Shown here piece by piece: positions 31,314-41,560 of a stretch of DNA of 64,000 nt. Each line of letters opens with the position of its first letter. Position 1 is the first letter of the stretch. The notes under the pieces were generated by a model that had not been told where the DNA came from, ran no database searches, and saw only the letters and a program-made list of their open reading frames with translations. This DNA comes from Candidatus Bathyarchaeota archaeon. GTDB taxonomy: Archaea; Thermoproteota; Bathyarchaeia; Bathyarchaeales; Bathycorpusculaceae. The position numbers and the translations under genes were made by a program. Location: NCBI GenBank assembly GCA_963780185.1, contig CAWABA010000001.1:265621-329620 (forward strand), written 5' to 3'.

Positions 31314-31751
31314 TTAATGTATGTAGTCTAATGCTCTGGTTTTGGTTTCCCGTATTTCCTTCATGGATTCGTACTGTGCTTCGATGAGGATTTTGAGTGC
31401 GTCAATGTTCTTTTTCACTTCGTCCAACTCGCCTGTTTTGAGCAAAATTCCTGATTTTACGAGTTGCTCATTCATTTTGTCAACGGTAACTTGAAGCACC
31501 TTTACTTTGAAAGCGAAAATCTGCAGCGTGTAAAGCAGGCTTAGCTGGCTGTTCAAGGTTTCCAGCTGGTCCAAGTAACGGGTTTTCTTTATGAACGCCT
31601 TTATTTTCTGCTCGTCGGAAGCGTCGGGCGCCTGCATAATCTGCTCGTAGAGGGCTGACTGCTTCCACGTTGCCTCTTTGGTTTCATCCACAACTTTCTG
31701 AATCCGCTTAGCGGTTTTATCTAACATATCTAATACTTCATCCAAACCCAT
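31314..31751 (-). CDS. Hypothetical coiled-coil protein
   Basis: Heptad-rich sequence; GGGGAG SD upstream of ATG. Confidence 0.7.
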   Translation of the reverse strand: MGLDEVLDMLDKTAKRIQKVVDETKEATWKQSALYEQIMQAPDASDEQKIKAFIKKTRYLDQLETLNSQLSLLYTLQIFAFKVKVLQVTVDKMNEQLVKSGILLKTGELDEVKKNIDALKILIEAQYESMKEIRETKTRALDYIH

Positions 31752-32246
31752 TCTCCCCTAAACAATCGGTAACTATGGTTCCAACACTGTAACAACCATT
31801 ATATATAATTTTAAACCCAAACCAAAACGGGACTCACATGTATGTGCTGTAATCAACCGTCAGGTTCACGGGATCCATTGTCGCGACAAAGTAGTGACCG
31901 TGGCTCTCTTGAAAGCCGTCGGCGGAGACGTCGCCCAATGGGAGACTAACTGTCCAAACGCCTGAATGTTGATTTCTGCGGATTTAAAAGTTCGTAAGTT
32001 GCACGCGGAAGAAAAAAGCCGAAAACTCTTTTTCAAGTTGGTTTTAAGCAAGCGTTTCTATCGGGAAGCCAATTCAGCCATAGAAGGCTTATTTATGCTA
32101 AAACTGCGTAGGAAAATGGGTTTTTTTAAATTTGGGGCTATTTAGCGTTTATCGTGTTGTTGTTTTGTTGCAGTCACATAGTTAAATATATTGAAGCAAA
32201 ATTGTTGTTGTATTGGCAATCCAAGCTTTTTTTGGAGGAAAAACAA

Positions 32247-33023
32247 ATGAAAATCTCTTCTAAAATGCTGAAAACTTCGGTTTTTACTTTCTTAGCCATC
32301 CTTCTCGTTGTCGGCGCCAGTCCATTTCTCTGCACAGTCAAAGCGCAATCAACCGCTAGTGTAACCATCGTCTCCTCTATAGGCGGAACAACCAGTCCAG
32401 GCCCAGGAACCCAACTTTACTCAAGCGGTGTTTCGGAGACGGTTACTGCGACCCCGGATGCTGGGTACTTCTTTGACCACTGGATTCTACTTGAACCAGA
32501 GTCGGGACCAACAGTCTACACTGATAATCCTTTGACTCTTTCGTTACCTGCGGGAATCTACCAGTTGCAGCCCGTGTTCGGAATATTCAACGTGACCATA
32601 CCGATCGCCCTCCCTGGTCCAGCACCTGTCACAACTGATGCCGTCGTCGTTGTCGTGTACGGTGTCGGCGGAACAACGAACCCTGGTCCAGGAACCTATC
32701 TTTTGGCAAATGCTGCATCGCTTAATCTGATGGCGACTCCCCTTAGCGGCTGGAAATTTGACCATTGGGTGATCGGCGGTTACCCGATGTCTCACGGATC
32801 CTACAGTTTCACTGATACTCCAACAGATAACCCATACAACGTGAATCACGGGTACGGAAACGCCTACTACTATCAGCCGGTGTTCTCTTTAGTCAGCAGC
32901 TCATCTGCCACTCCAACTGCTACAACACCTGAGTTTTCAAGTGCGGCGGTAATCGGCGTGGTTGTTGCCTTAATTGCGGTGCTGCTGGCTTCGGGGCTAT
33001 ATGCATACGGGAAAAGAAAGTAA
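32247..33023 (+). CDS. Surface protein with two small beta-sandwich repeats and PEF-CTERM signal
   Basis: Signal ending TVKA|Q; two GGTT.PGPG...ATP..G..FDHW repeats; TPEFSSAAVIGVVVALIAVLLASGLYAYGKRK. Confidence 0.85.
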   Translation: MKISSKMLKTSVFTFLAILLVVGASPFLCTVKAQSTASVTIVSSIGGTTSPGPGTQLYSSGVSETVTATPDAGYFFDHWILLEPESGPTVYTDNPLTLSLPAGIYQLQPVFGIFNVTIPIALPGPAPVTTDAVVVVVYGVGGTTNPGPGTYLLANAASLNLMATPLSGWKFDHWVIGGYPMSHGSYSFTDTPTDNPYNVNHGYGNAYYYQPVFSLVSSSSATPTATTPEFSSAAVIGVVVALIAVLLASGLYAYGKRK

Positions 33024-33289
33024 CTTCCCACCTTTTTTTGTTTCAACCAATTTAGAAAAGTTCAGGCAAATTCTCGGACAGACACGGATAGCATGCTATT
33101 TTTGGTTTTCCCAGTGGTTCTACGTTTCAGTTTTAAAGCATTTGGAGAAAAGCATTGAACCGCAAGTTAAAATCATTGAAAACTGCGGCTTTAACATTTT
33201 TTCTTTGAAGGGCTGTTTTTAAGCAAAGCATAAGAAATCGTGTTTCCTTCCTCATTGGCGGTAACGATTAGGGAAAGAGGGCGCGGCAG

Positions 33290-35023
33290 ATGAGTGGGAA
33301 ACGAGTTGTAGGTGGAAAAGTTGTGATGGGCGTCGCAGCTTTGTGTATCGTTTTGTTGGTCATTACGGTTGGTTTTTTGGGGTATCAAAATCTGAGTTTC
33401 CAGAGTCAAGCGTCGTCTGAAAAAGCGACGGTTGCTTCTTTAAACGCGAGATTGAACTCAGCGATTGATTCGCTCAACGGTCTAAACGCGACTGTTGCCT
33501 CTCTTCAAAATCAAGTGACGTCGGATAATGCCACGAACACAGATCTTCAGGGGCGGCTTGAAAACAAAACCGTTTCTCTTACCTCAGCAAACAACCAAGT
33601 TTCACGCCTGCAAAATTTGCTTTTTTATGACGACGCGAACATAAAAGACCAACAAAACCAAATTTCGACGGATCAATTAACGATTAACGGTTTGAAGGCG
33701 CAAATATCCAACCTGCAGTCAACCTTGGCGAACTGGAATGCCCCCGTCATCGACGGCTTTAGCTTGGTTCAGATTACTGACACTCAGTACCTCAGTGACA
33801 AGAACCCTGCATTATTGAATACTTTGACCAGCTGGATAGTGAACAACAACGTCGCTTTGAATGTTTCAATGGTCATACACACCGGCGACCTTGTGCAGAG
33901 CCCCGACAACGCCTCAAACTGGCAGAACGCCAACGCTGCCATGATGCAGTTCTACAACAATGGGGTTCCATACTGCTGGTGTGCGGGAAATCATGATTTC
34001 ATCGGTGAAACTAGCCCGGCTGGGAATGATGATGGTTACTGGTTAGGTGGCGGATACTCTGCCTTTAACGTTTCAGCTATGCAGCAGGAACCCTATTGGA
34101 CAGCAAGTATTTTTGGCGGTTCAAGCACGGCGGTGCAATTTAGCTACGGCAACTACCGTTTCATGGTCATCAACGTAGCCTACGACTCTAACCAAACCGT
34201 TCTTGACTGGATGCAGACCCTTCTCAAATGCAACCCGAACGACAACGTGATTGTTACAACCCACAACTTTCTAAATGGGAACGGCACGTACGGGTATACG
34301 GTGAGCCCTGAGGATGTCGATTGGGCTGAGAACTTTGAAAGCATCTTGAGCAACTACACGAACGTGTTTATGACGTTGAATGGACATGATGTCGGGGAAG
34401 GCGTGGCAAGCACGCAACGGATCGGGAACAGAGAAGAAATCTTTTTCAATAGACAAGAACTCGACGCCGAGACAGGTGCCGCATGTGCGAGGATCTACAC
34501 TTTCAACATGAGCAATCCCTCGCATCCAGTCGTAAACGTCTACACTTACCAAACGTACTCTAACTCGAATGGCGGACCAGCATACCTGACCGACCAACCG
34601 AACCAATTCAGTTTCACATCGAACCTGACTGCCTATTCGCCGCAAACCGTCAGTCTTGCAGGTGGCACTTCGTTTTTGGGTTCAAGCGGCTTTAACACAA
34701 CTTTCGCAAACCCCATAACGCTGGCAGCTTACAACCAGACAGGTAACCTGCTGAGATTCTACAACTTGACTTTGAACGGTTACACCTCTAACTTGACTGT
34801 GAGTTCAGTCGGCGCCAACATCGTCATAGGCAACTCCAACTCCACAAGCCTGTCCTACACGGTTAACGCAGGCGGCGGCACACAAACCTTCTTGCTAAAC
34901 ACGCAGCCGACTTCAGTAATCATTGACGGTGCATCAGTCGCCAATGGTCACGGCTGGAGCTACCTGAACGGCGTCGTTACAGTTACAGGCGCAACCAAAT
35001 CAGTAACAGTCAACCTAACGTAG
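33290..35023 (+). CDS. Membrane-anchored calcineurin-like metallophosphoesterase with coiled-coil stalk
   Basis: N-terminal TM and coiled coil; motifs DTQ, HTGD, GNHD, TTH, NGH. Confidence 0.88.
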   Translation: MSGKRVVGGKVVMGVAALCIVLLVITVGFLGYQNLSFQSQASSEKATVASLNARLNSAIDSLNGLNATVASLQNQVTSDNATNTDLQGRLENKTVSLTSANNQVSRLQNLLFYDDANIKDQQNQISTDQLTINGLKAQISNLQSTLANWNAPVIDGFSLVQITDTQYLSDKNPALLNTLTSWIVNNNVALNVSMVIHTGDLVQSPDNASNWQNANAAMMQFYNNGVPYCWCAGNHDFIGETSPAGNDDGYWLGGGYSAFNVSAMQQEPYWTASIFGGSSTAVQFSYGNYRFMVINVAYDSNQTVLDWMQTLLKCNPNDNVIVTTHNFLNGNGTYGYTVSPEDVDWAENFESILSNYTNVFMTLNGHDVGEGVASTQRIGNREEIFFNRQELDAETGAACARIYTFNMSNPSHPVVNVYTYQTYSNSNGGPAYLTDQPNQFSFTSNLTAYSPQTVSLAGGTSFLGSSGFNTTFANPITLAAYNQTGNLLRFYNLTLNGYTSNLTVSSVGANIVIGNSNSTSLSYTVNAGGGTQTFLLNTQPTSVIIDGASVANGHGWSYLNGVVTVTGATKSVTVNLT

Positions 35024-35293
35024 CTTGCCAAAATCAGCGTTTTATGCCTCAGATTTGGCAAATTTTTCATTTTGTAACTTTGTAGATGGCGACTTGGTCG
35101 TTTTTGAAGACAGAAGTGAACATGGGGTCATCTGAGTACCGTGGTCAGTCTTGCAGTCGGCGTCGCCTTAAGAAAACGATCCAAAACCAAAGCATAAAAA
35201 TTCGGTTCACAAAAGCAAGTTCAGACGCTTCCAGTTCTTCCTCTTTTTTGGCGCTGTGACCTTTCTTTTTTGCCAAAATTGCCCTATCGGAAG

Positions 35294-36118
35294 TTAGGGT
35301 TTGTTTTCGGCTACAAGTTTTATCTGATAGAGGCTTGACCAATCTTTGCCTGTCACAAAAAGTCTGTCGCTTTGCGGGTCATACGCAATGCCGTTGAGTA
35401 CCGCGCCGTGGTTGGTTTTGCTGGCAACTGAGGCTGGCAGCCCCGTGAGGTCTATCCACGCCTTGACCTGTCCCGTGTCAGGGTTGATTATGGCGATTTT
35501 GTTTGTCATCCAGATGTTGGCGTAGACGTCTCCGTTGATGTAGCAAAGCGAGTTGATCATGGTCACGGTTGAGTTTCCATCATGAACGTCAACTTCTCCG
35601 ATGCGTTGATAAGTTGTTGCGTTTAAGAAGTACAGGTGGTCTGAGCCGTCGCTCATGATTAACTCTTTTCCATCGTAGGCTAAGCCCCAGCCCTGCGTTG
35701 GGTAGGTGAAGTTGCCTTTTACCGCGAACGATGTTTTGTCGTAGATGAAGCCTATGTTGGTTATGTAGGTTAGCTGGATGATTTTGTCGTTGACGACGGC
35801 TATGCCCTCTGCGAAGTAAGGGATTGGCAACGTGTACTCTTGCAGGATTTTTCCTGTGGTTAAGTCGACTTGGCGCAAAGTTGAAACGTAGTCGGGGCTG
35901 TTTCCGCTGCCGCTGCTTTCGTACAGGTTGCCATCGGAATACCATAGTCCTTCCGTGAAGGAGCTTGTGTCATGCGGGTAAGTTTTTACAATCGTGTAAG
36001 TGTAAAATGAATCCGAAGACACCGCTGAGTTGCCGTTGTTATTGAGCAAAACCAATAGTGAAGCGCCTAGAAATATGGCGACTATCAACACTCCCGCTAA
36101 CACTAACCACTTCTTCAT
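35294..36118 (-). CDS. Glutaminyl-peptide cyclotransferase (plant/bacterial type I QC), membrane-anchored
   Basis: YPHD..SFTEGL, LYESSG, YFAEGI, QGWGL, SDGS, ANIW, VLNGIAYD, VTGKDW. Confidence 0.92.
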   Translation of the reverse strand: MKKWLVLAGVLIVAIFLGASLLVLLNNNGNSAVSSDSFYTYTIVKTYPHDTSSFTEGLWYSDGNLYESSGSGNSPDYVSTLRQVDLTTGKILQEYTLPIPYFAEGIAVVNDKIIQLTYITNIGFIYDKTSFAVKGNFTYPTQGWGLAYDGKELIMSDGSDHLYFLNATTYQRIGEVDVHDGNSTVTMINSLCYINGDVYANIWMTNKIAIINPDTGQVKAWIDLTGLPASVASKTNHGAVLNGIAYDPQSDRLFVTGKDWSSLYQIKLVAENKP

Positions 36119-36279
36119 TACGCCTTCCCTTTAGCGGTTCTCATTAATATGCCAAACGGAAAAACATCATTCTTCCGGCGTTTGCGCCTTCGAAACAGAA
36201 ACCTCAGGCGGAAAACTGGGGCGTACAGTCAACTGGAACAGCGGCACTTATTGGCTTGGCAGTGGTCACGGTTCCTTCA

Positions 36280-37386
36280 TTATTTGCTGGGCGTCTGCGG
36301 CTCTAACAGTATGATTGGTTTATCTGACAATTTCCTCTCCTCCAAAACCTTTCGCATGTCTTTAGGTTTGACGGCGAAGAGGTTTCTTGCCCCCATAATT
36401 TGGACGCAGATGAAACTTACGAAGAGTGGGAACCAGAAGGAAGCTGTCCTGATGATAATCGCTGCTATGCCGCTTGTTCCGCTGTTTATGCCGTAGAGGA
36501 TGAAGATTGTTGCCAGAAGGATGTCGAGGGAACCGACCGAGAAGCTGGCTATGGCGTCTTGAAATGCCGTGGCGACAAAGTAGACAACTATGTAGAACAC
36601 GGGTGACGGCGCGGGAATGCCTAATGCGTAGAAAACAAAAATGTAAACTGAAAGTCCGAGGACATAAGCTGCAATGTGGAACATGAAGGGTTTGGCTAAG
36701 GCTCTGGGGTTTTCACGGAACACTTTGAACCCTTGATAGAAGCTTGAAAGAGTCTCTTTGACTTTAGCTAAATCCTCAGGCGAATTCTTGTTTGGGCGTA
36801 TCCGCTTGTTTACTTTGAAGTACAGTTTTGCAAATATGTCAGCTGCTCCTTCATAGAACGCTAAAACCAACAGAACTGCAAGGTAAGCGACGGATCCCAT
36901 CACTAAAAGGATGAATAAGTTGCCAATCATCGGCGGAACATCTGTTTTTGAAAGCACCAAGAGCGCGCCGGCGAATAGTCCTGTGGTAACTACGCTGTAG
37001 GCAACTATGCGGTTAGTCACCGACGAAGCGGCTATTGCACCGTAGTTTTCGTTGGTTTCTTTTTGAACAAGGTATAGCCGCGTTACTTCGCCGCAGACTG
37101 TTGCGCATGGAACGATTAAGTCAGCGAAGTTGCCGACCCAATAGTACAGATACGATTTCTTGTAGGAAATTTTGATAGACAGCTTTCTCAAGATGCTGTT
37201 CCACGCTGCTGACCAGCAAAAAACCGACGCCAAAACCGCTAGGATAGCCAGAGAATAGTAGAGGGCGTACTGCATTGGGTTGATGCTTTTTAGGACAAGC
37301 AGGATTTGGGATGAGCCGATGAAAAAGTAGAGGTAAACAAAGAAGACTACCAAGCCTAAAACCATGAATATTAACGACTTTTTCAA
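36280..37386 (-). CDS. UPF0104 / lysylphosphatidylglycerol synthase TM (flippase-like) protein
   Basis: Multi-pass TM; P..TVCGEVTR.YL; IIRTASFW. Confidence 0.85.
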   Translation of the reverse strand: MKKSLIFMVLGLVVFFVYLYFFIGSSQILLVLKSINPMQYALYYSLAILAVLASVFCWSAAWNSILRKLSIKISYKKSYLYYWVGNFADLIVPCATVCGEVTRLYLVQKETNENYGAIAASSVTNRIVAYSVVTTGLFAGALLVLSKTDVPPMIGNLFILLVMGSVAYLAVLLVLAFYEGAADIFAKLYFKVNKRIRPNKNSPEDLAKVKETLSSFYQGFKVFRENPRALAKPFMFHIAAYVLGLSVYIFVFYALGIPAPSPVFYIVVYFVATAFQDAIASFSVGSLDILLATIFILYGINSGTSGIAAIIIRTASFWFPLFVSFICVQIMGARNLFAVKPKDMRKVLEERKLSDKPIILLEPQTPSK

Positions 37387-37649
37387 CGAAAGGTACTTGG
37401 ATGCATACAGTTTGCTTTTCCTCCTCGCTTTGGCTAAAATGCTTGACGGCTACAATGGATTCTATGGCTGTATAATTGCCCCTTGCTGGTTTAAGTAACT
37501 TACGCATGGACATTTCCTTTTAAGCCATCAAGTTTCTTCTTCAGAAAGAACGCGTTTTGTGGTTTCTTAAGAAAAATGGGTTACCGAAAAAAAGTTTGAT
37601 TCGTCTTTTGGTAATAAAAAGAGGAGATTACTGCAATCTCCATTATGTT

Positions 37650-38393
37650 TTACGCGTTGTTGTTGGTGACTATCTGGTGCGGTGTAGAGACATGAAGCAG
37701 CGAGTCGCCTGCTGAAGTCATCGTGAAAGAAAATGTGTTTGAGTCGATTGAGCCGCTGAGGTTCAAGTCAAAGGTTAGGCCGTTGCCTGAGTCGCCTTGA
37801 GCGTTTGCAGTGACTTGCGAGCCGGAAACTGTGCCGACGAAATTGAAGACTGTGCCTCCGTTGCCGTCAGTTTGGATTACTTGCTGAAGGCTTCCTGAAA
37901 CACTTGTCGGCGTAAGTTCTAAGCTAAACTGTATGGTGTTTCCATCTTGTTGAACTGGAACATTGATGTTTGCCGTTAGGGTTCCTGAATAGGAGTTTCC
38001 GTCAGATTGCATGGAAACTTGGAATTGGCCGCTGCCTCCGTAGCTTGCTGTTACGTTGGTTGGCGATGGATTGTTATTGGTCATTGAGGGTTGGTTTTGG
38101 TTGTTGTTATTGTTGTTATTTTGGTTGTTGTCATTTGGGTTGTTATTATTATTGTTGTTATCGTTCGGGCTGCTGTTGTAATTGTTGTTGTTATTGTTTT
38201 GATTGTTGTTATTGTTGTTGCCGTTGCCGAGGAATCCGATGTTTACGCCCATCTTCTGAAGTTCAGGTCCCACCACTGCGAAGCTTAAGTATCCTCCAAG
38301 TATCATTCCGACGAAAAGAGTCAAAACCACTATGCCGACAACTTTGCCGAGACCCACGGAGTGTCCTTTCTTTCTTGGTTTTTCTTCACCCAT
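37650..38393 (-). CDS. Membrane-anchored hypothetical protein with poly-Asn linker
   Basis: N-terminal TM, an Asn-rich tract of roughly 50 residues, beta-rich C-terminal domain; AGAGGT SD. Confidence 0.8.
   Translation of the reverse strand: MGEEKPRKKGHSVGLGKVVGIVVLTLFVGMILGGYLSFAVVGPELQKMGVNIGFLGNGNNNNNNQNNNNNNYNSSPNDNNNNNNNPNDNNQNNNNNNNQNQPSMTNNNPSPTNVTASYGGSGQFQVSMQSDGNSYSGTLTANINVPVQQDGNTIQFSLELTPTSVSGSLQQVIQTDGNGGTVFNFVGTVSGSQVTANAQGDSGNGLTFDLNLSGSIDSNTFSFTMTSAGDSLLHVSTPHQIVTNNNA
38085..38228 (-). repeat. (AAC/AAT)n trinucleotide low-complexity tract
   Basis: gttgttgttattg... runs on the + strand encoding poly-Asn with interspersed Q/P/D. Confidence 0.9.
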
Positions 38394-38649
38394 TTTAGTT
38401 TACCTTCTCTATTCCTTTAGAACGTGAATTGGCGGCTTCATGGTTTATAAGACTTTCATGAATAACGTTTTTTATCATTGTTTAACATCTCGAATCAGTT
38501 TTTCACTTTCAAGAGTGCATTTTTTTCTGCAACATTTTCCGTTAAACCGTCTTTCTAAGACTCGCTTGAAAATGAATAAATGCGTTATGAATTGGTGATT
38601 TGAATCCGGAATATCCTGAGTTAGTTTTTAATTACTAGACCTAAATAAT

Positions 38650-39519
38650 ATGTTCAGCACAAAGGTTGTCTCCGTGGTTAAAATCAAGGGTTTGCTTCAA
38701 CTGCTAAGGCCATTGAACTGCATAGTTATGAGTTTCGCAGTTCTCGTAGCCGCGAGCTTAGCAGGCATCAGCACAATTCATTGGCTTAACCTAGTTTACG
38801 GAGCAGTAACCGCTTTCACTTTGTGTGGGGCTGCAATGGCGGTCAACGACTACTACGATTTTGACATAGACAAAGTAAATGAGCCTTCACGTCCAATCCC
38901 AAGCGGCGCAGTCTCCAAACGAGCAGCCTTGGCGTTAACAGGTGCTTTAACGGTTATAGGTTTAGCTTCCGCCTTTCTCATCAGCCTCTATTGTCTTCTA
39001 TTTGCGTTTGCCGCCTGGGTAATCATGATGGCTTACTCAACCGTTGGGAAACGGAGGGGATTTGCGGGTAACCTGCTGGTCAGCGCATGTGTAGCCGCGC
39101 CTTTTCTATTCGGCAGCCTAGTAGTGGTCAACACAATCAGAATCAACATCTTGCTTTTTGCGTCCATGGCTTTTCTTTCAAACACGGGACGAGAAATCGC
39201 CAAAGGCATCGTTGATGTTCAAGGCGACAGCTTAAGCAAAATCAAAACCCTCGCCGTAACATTAGGCGAGCGAAAAGCGGCTTACGCGGCTTCCGTCTTT
39301 TTTATCTTCGCCGTCTGCCTGTCACCTCTTCCGCTGGTTTTCAGTTTAGTCTCTATATGGTTTGTTCCGTTCGTGTTGGTGACGGACGTCGGGTTAGTTT
39401 GGTGTTCAGCGCGGTTGATTAGAAATCCTTCAAGGGAGAATGCTCGTCAAATAAAGAAGATTGTTCTTTTCCTCTTCGTTTTTGGTTTGCTGTCGTTTAT
39501 TTTCGGAAAGTTCGGATGA
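38650..39519 (+). CDS. Digeranylgeranylglyceryl phosphate synthase (UbiA family)
   Basis: RPLN, NDYYDFDIDKVNEPSRPIPSG, REIAKGIVDVQGD. Confidence 0.9.
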   Translation: MFSTKVVSVVKIKGLLQLLRPLNCIVMSFAVLVAASLAGISTIHWLNLVYGAVTAFTLCGAAMAVNDYYDFDIDKVNEPSRPIPSGAVSKRAALALTGALTVIGLASAFLISLYCLLFAFAAWVIMMAYSTVGKRRGFAGNLLVSACVAAPFLFGSLVVVNTIRINILLFASMAFLSNTGREIAKGIVDVQGDSLSKIKTLAVTLGERKAAYAASVFFIFAVCLSPLPLVFSLVSIWFVPFVLVTDVGLVWCSARLIRNPSRENARQIKKIVLFLFVFGLLSFIFGKFG

Positions 39520-39705
39520 AAGCTTTCACCGAGCCGAGCTTAAAGATTGGGTCTTTGTAGTTTTCGAATAATTCTTAGCTGAAGCAGATTTTCAGTTTGT
39601 CATTTCTCAAAGTCGCTTCCACGGTTGATTTTAGGGTGAAATCGCGATTGACCCATCTTTGGCGTCTTAAAATCGGTCGTAAGCAACCGCTTGTCTGTTC
39701 ATACT

Positions 39706-39719
39706 TTGATACATATCAA
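39706..39719. promoter_or_regulatory. Palindromic operator candidate upstream of the dpp/opp operon
   Basis: TTGATA-CA-TATCAA; half-site ATGTATCA at 39741; BRE/TATA-like AAAGTCTTATAT at about 39757-39768. Confidence 0.45.
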
Positions 39720-39804
39720 TCTGCACGTTTTTGACCATGCATGTATCATCTGAAGCAAAGTCTTATATGTAAAACGCTTCAAAACATATTGCCACGGTGA
39801 AAAA

Positions 39805-41476
39805 TTGAAAATAAAAGACGTAAAAGCAGTTAGCCGACTCGTCATTGTTGTCATAATCATCGCAGTTTTGCTTATCGCAGGCGTAGCCGCAGGCTTATTC
39901 TACACCAGCACTCATCCCTCGGCAGCTAAGAAAGACACACTCGTCATAGGCACAACCGACTCCGTCGAGACAACCATCGACCCGGCGGACGCATACGACT
40001 TCTTCGGCTGGGAAATGATAGAATCCCTTGGTTCACCGCTCGTTCAATATCAACCCGGATCTGACACCATTGTTCCAGACCTCGCTACCTCTTGGACGGT
40101 TTCAAGCGACGGCTTGCATTGGACCTTCGACCTGAGACAAGGTGTACACTTCGACAATGGAATGCCATTCAACGCCACCTCAGTGGTATACAGCTTCGAC
40201 AGAAACATTGGAATAAACGACCCTGATGGTCCATACGTAGGCATAGGCTACGGAGGCCCCGGAGGCATCATCGGCAACATAACCGCACTCTCCACTTACC
40301 AAGTTGAGTTCAACCTAAATATTCCCTTTGCAGCCTTCCTTTCGCTGATGGCATGTCAAGCGTCATGCATCGTTGACCCAGAGTACACTTCGATGCATGG
40401 ATCCTCTTGGAGTGTTAGCGACGTCGTGCAATACACGGCGAACAACGCCAGAGCAAGCAACCCAATGGGACTCGGACCATACGAACTTTCAGCTTGGGAT
40501 AGAACCGCTGGAAAAGACACTGAAATTGACCTTACCGCCAACCCGAACTACTGGAACTCCAGTTTGCCCATGACTAAGAACTTGATTATCAAGATGTACG
40601 CGGATGAATCCTCTCTCGCAGTAGCTATGAAATCAGGTGACGTCGATATTGCATTCAGGCAACTTGCATCCTCAGACATCGTGAGTATGCAATCAGACAG
40701 TAGCCTTAAAGTATGGACTGGCACGGGAGCTTTCATACAGTACCTTTGCATGCAAGAGAAATCTGGTTCAGTCTTCAGCAACACAGTTGTCAGGCAAGCA
40801 ATCGCCTCAGCCGTCAACCGAACAGAACTGGTCAACACGGTATTCCAGGGACAAGCTCAAGCACTCTACAGCATGATACCCTCAGGCATGTTTGGACATG
40901 ACGACGCCTTCCAGTCATACGATGCTCCAAACTACACTCTGACCCAGCAACTTTTGGCACCTCTAGGCTACAACTCAAACCACAAACTGACTTTCAACCT
41001 CTACTATGAATCTTCAGGGCACTATCCATCAAGCCAGCAGCAGGCGTTAGTCCTTCAAGATGCACTCCAGAAAAGCGGCGTTATATCCGTCAACTTGGTT
41101 CCACTAGAACTGGGCAGCATACAAGCAGGCGCGGTCGGCAGGAACAATGCCAGCCTTCATAATGGGTTGGTACCCAGACTACATCGACCCAGACGACTAC
41201 ATCTACCCATTCGTTGACTCCAGCGGCGGATCATGGTTAAACATAAACTACAACAGCGCAACTATGGATGGCTTGGTTAACCAAGCAAGGGCAGCCACCG
41301 ACACAACCACAAGACAGCATCTCTACTCGGAGATTAACCAACAAATAGTCACAGATTGCCCGCTAATTCCACTCTACCAAAGCGGCGCATACGCAGTTTC
41401 ATCGCCCAATGTACATGGCATCTACCTAGACATTTCGCAACAATGGCGCAACTGGCTGATTTACGAGACTAAGTGA
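39805..41476 (+). CDS. dppA: ABC peptide/nickel transporter substrate-binding protein, family 5 (indel near 41108)
   Basis: PDLATSWTVSSDG..WTFDLRQGVHFDNG.PFNA; GLGPY; GWYPDYIDPD. Confidence 0.9.
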
Positions 41477-41560
41477 TAGGGGACAAAGAAAGATTCGCAA
41501 ACTTGATCTTTCAACCCACCTCTTTTCTTTTTTAGTGTTAATTCAAAAAGGGTGAATTGA

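Noticed and set aside
35085-35195. Hairpin (GGCGAC/GTCGCC) weakly similar to 31880-31945, possible H/ACA RNA
   Set aside because: The + strand reads TVVSLAVGVALRKRSKTKA*, like a remnant TM anchor and basic tail; the similarity is short and may be chance
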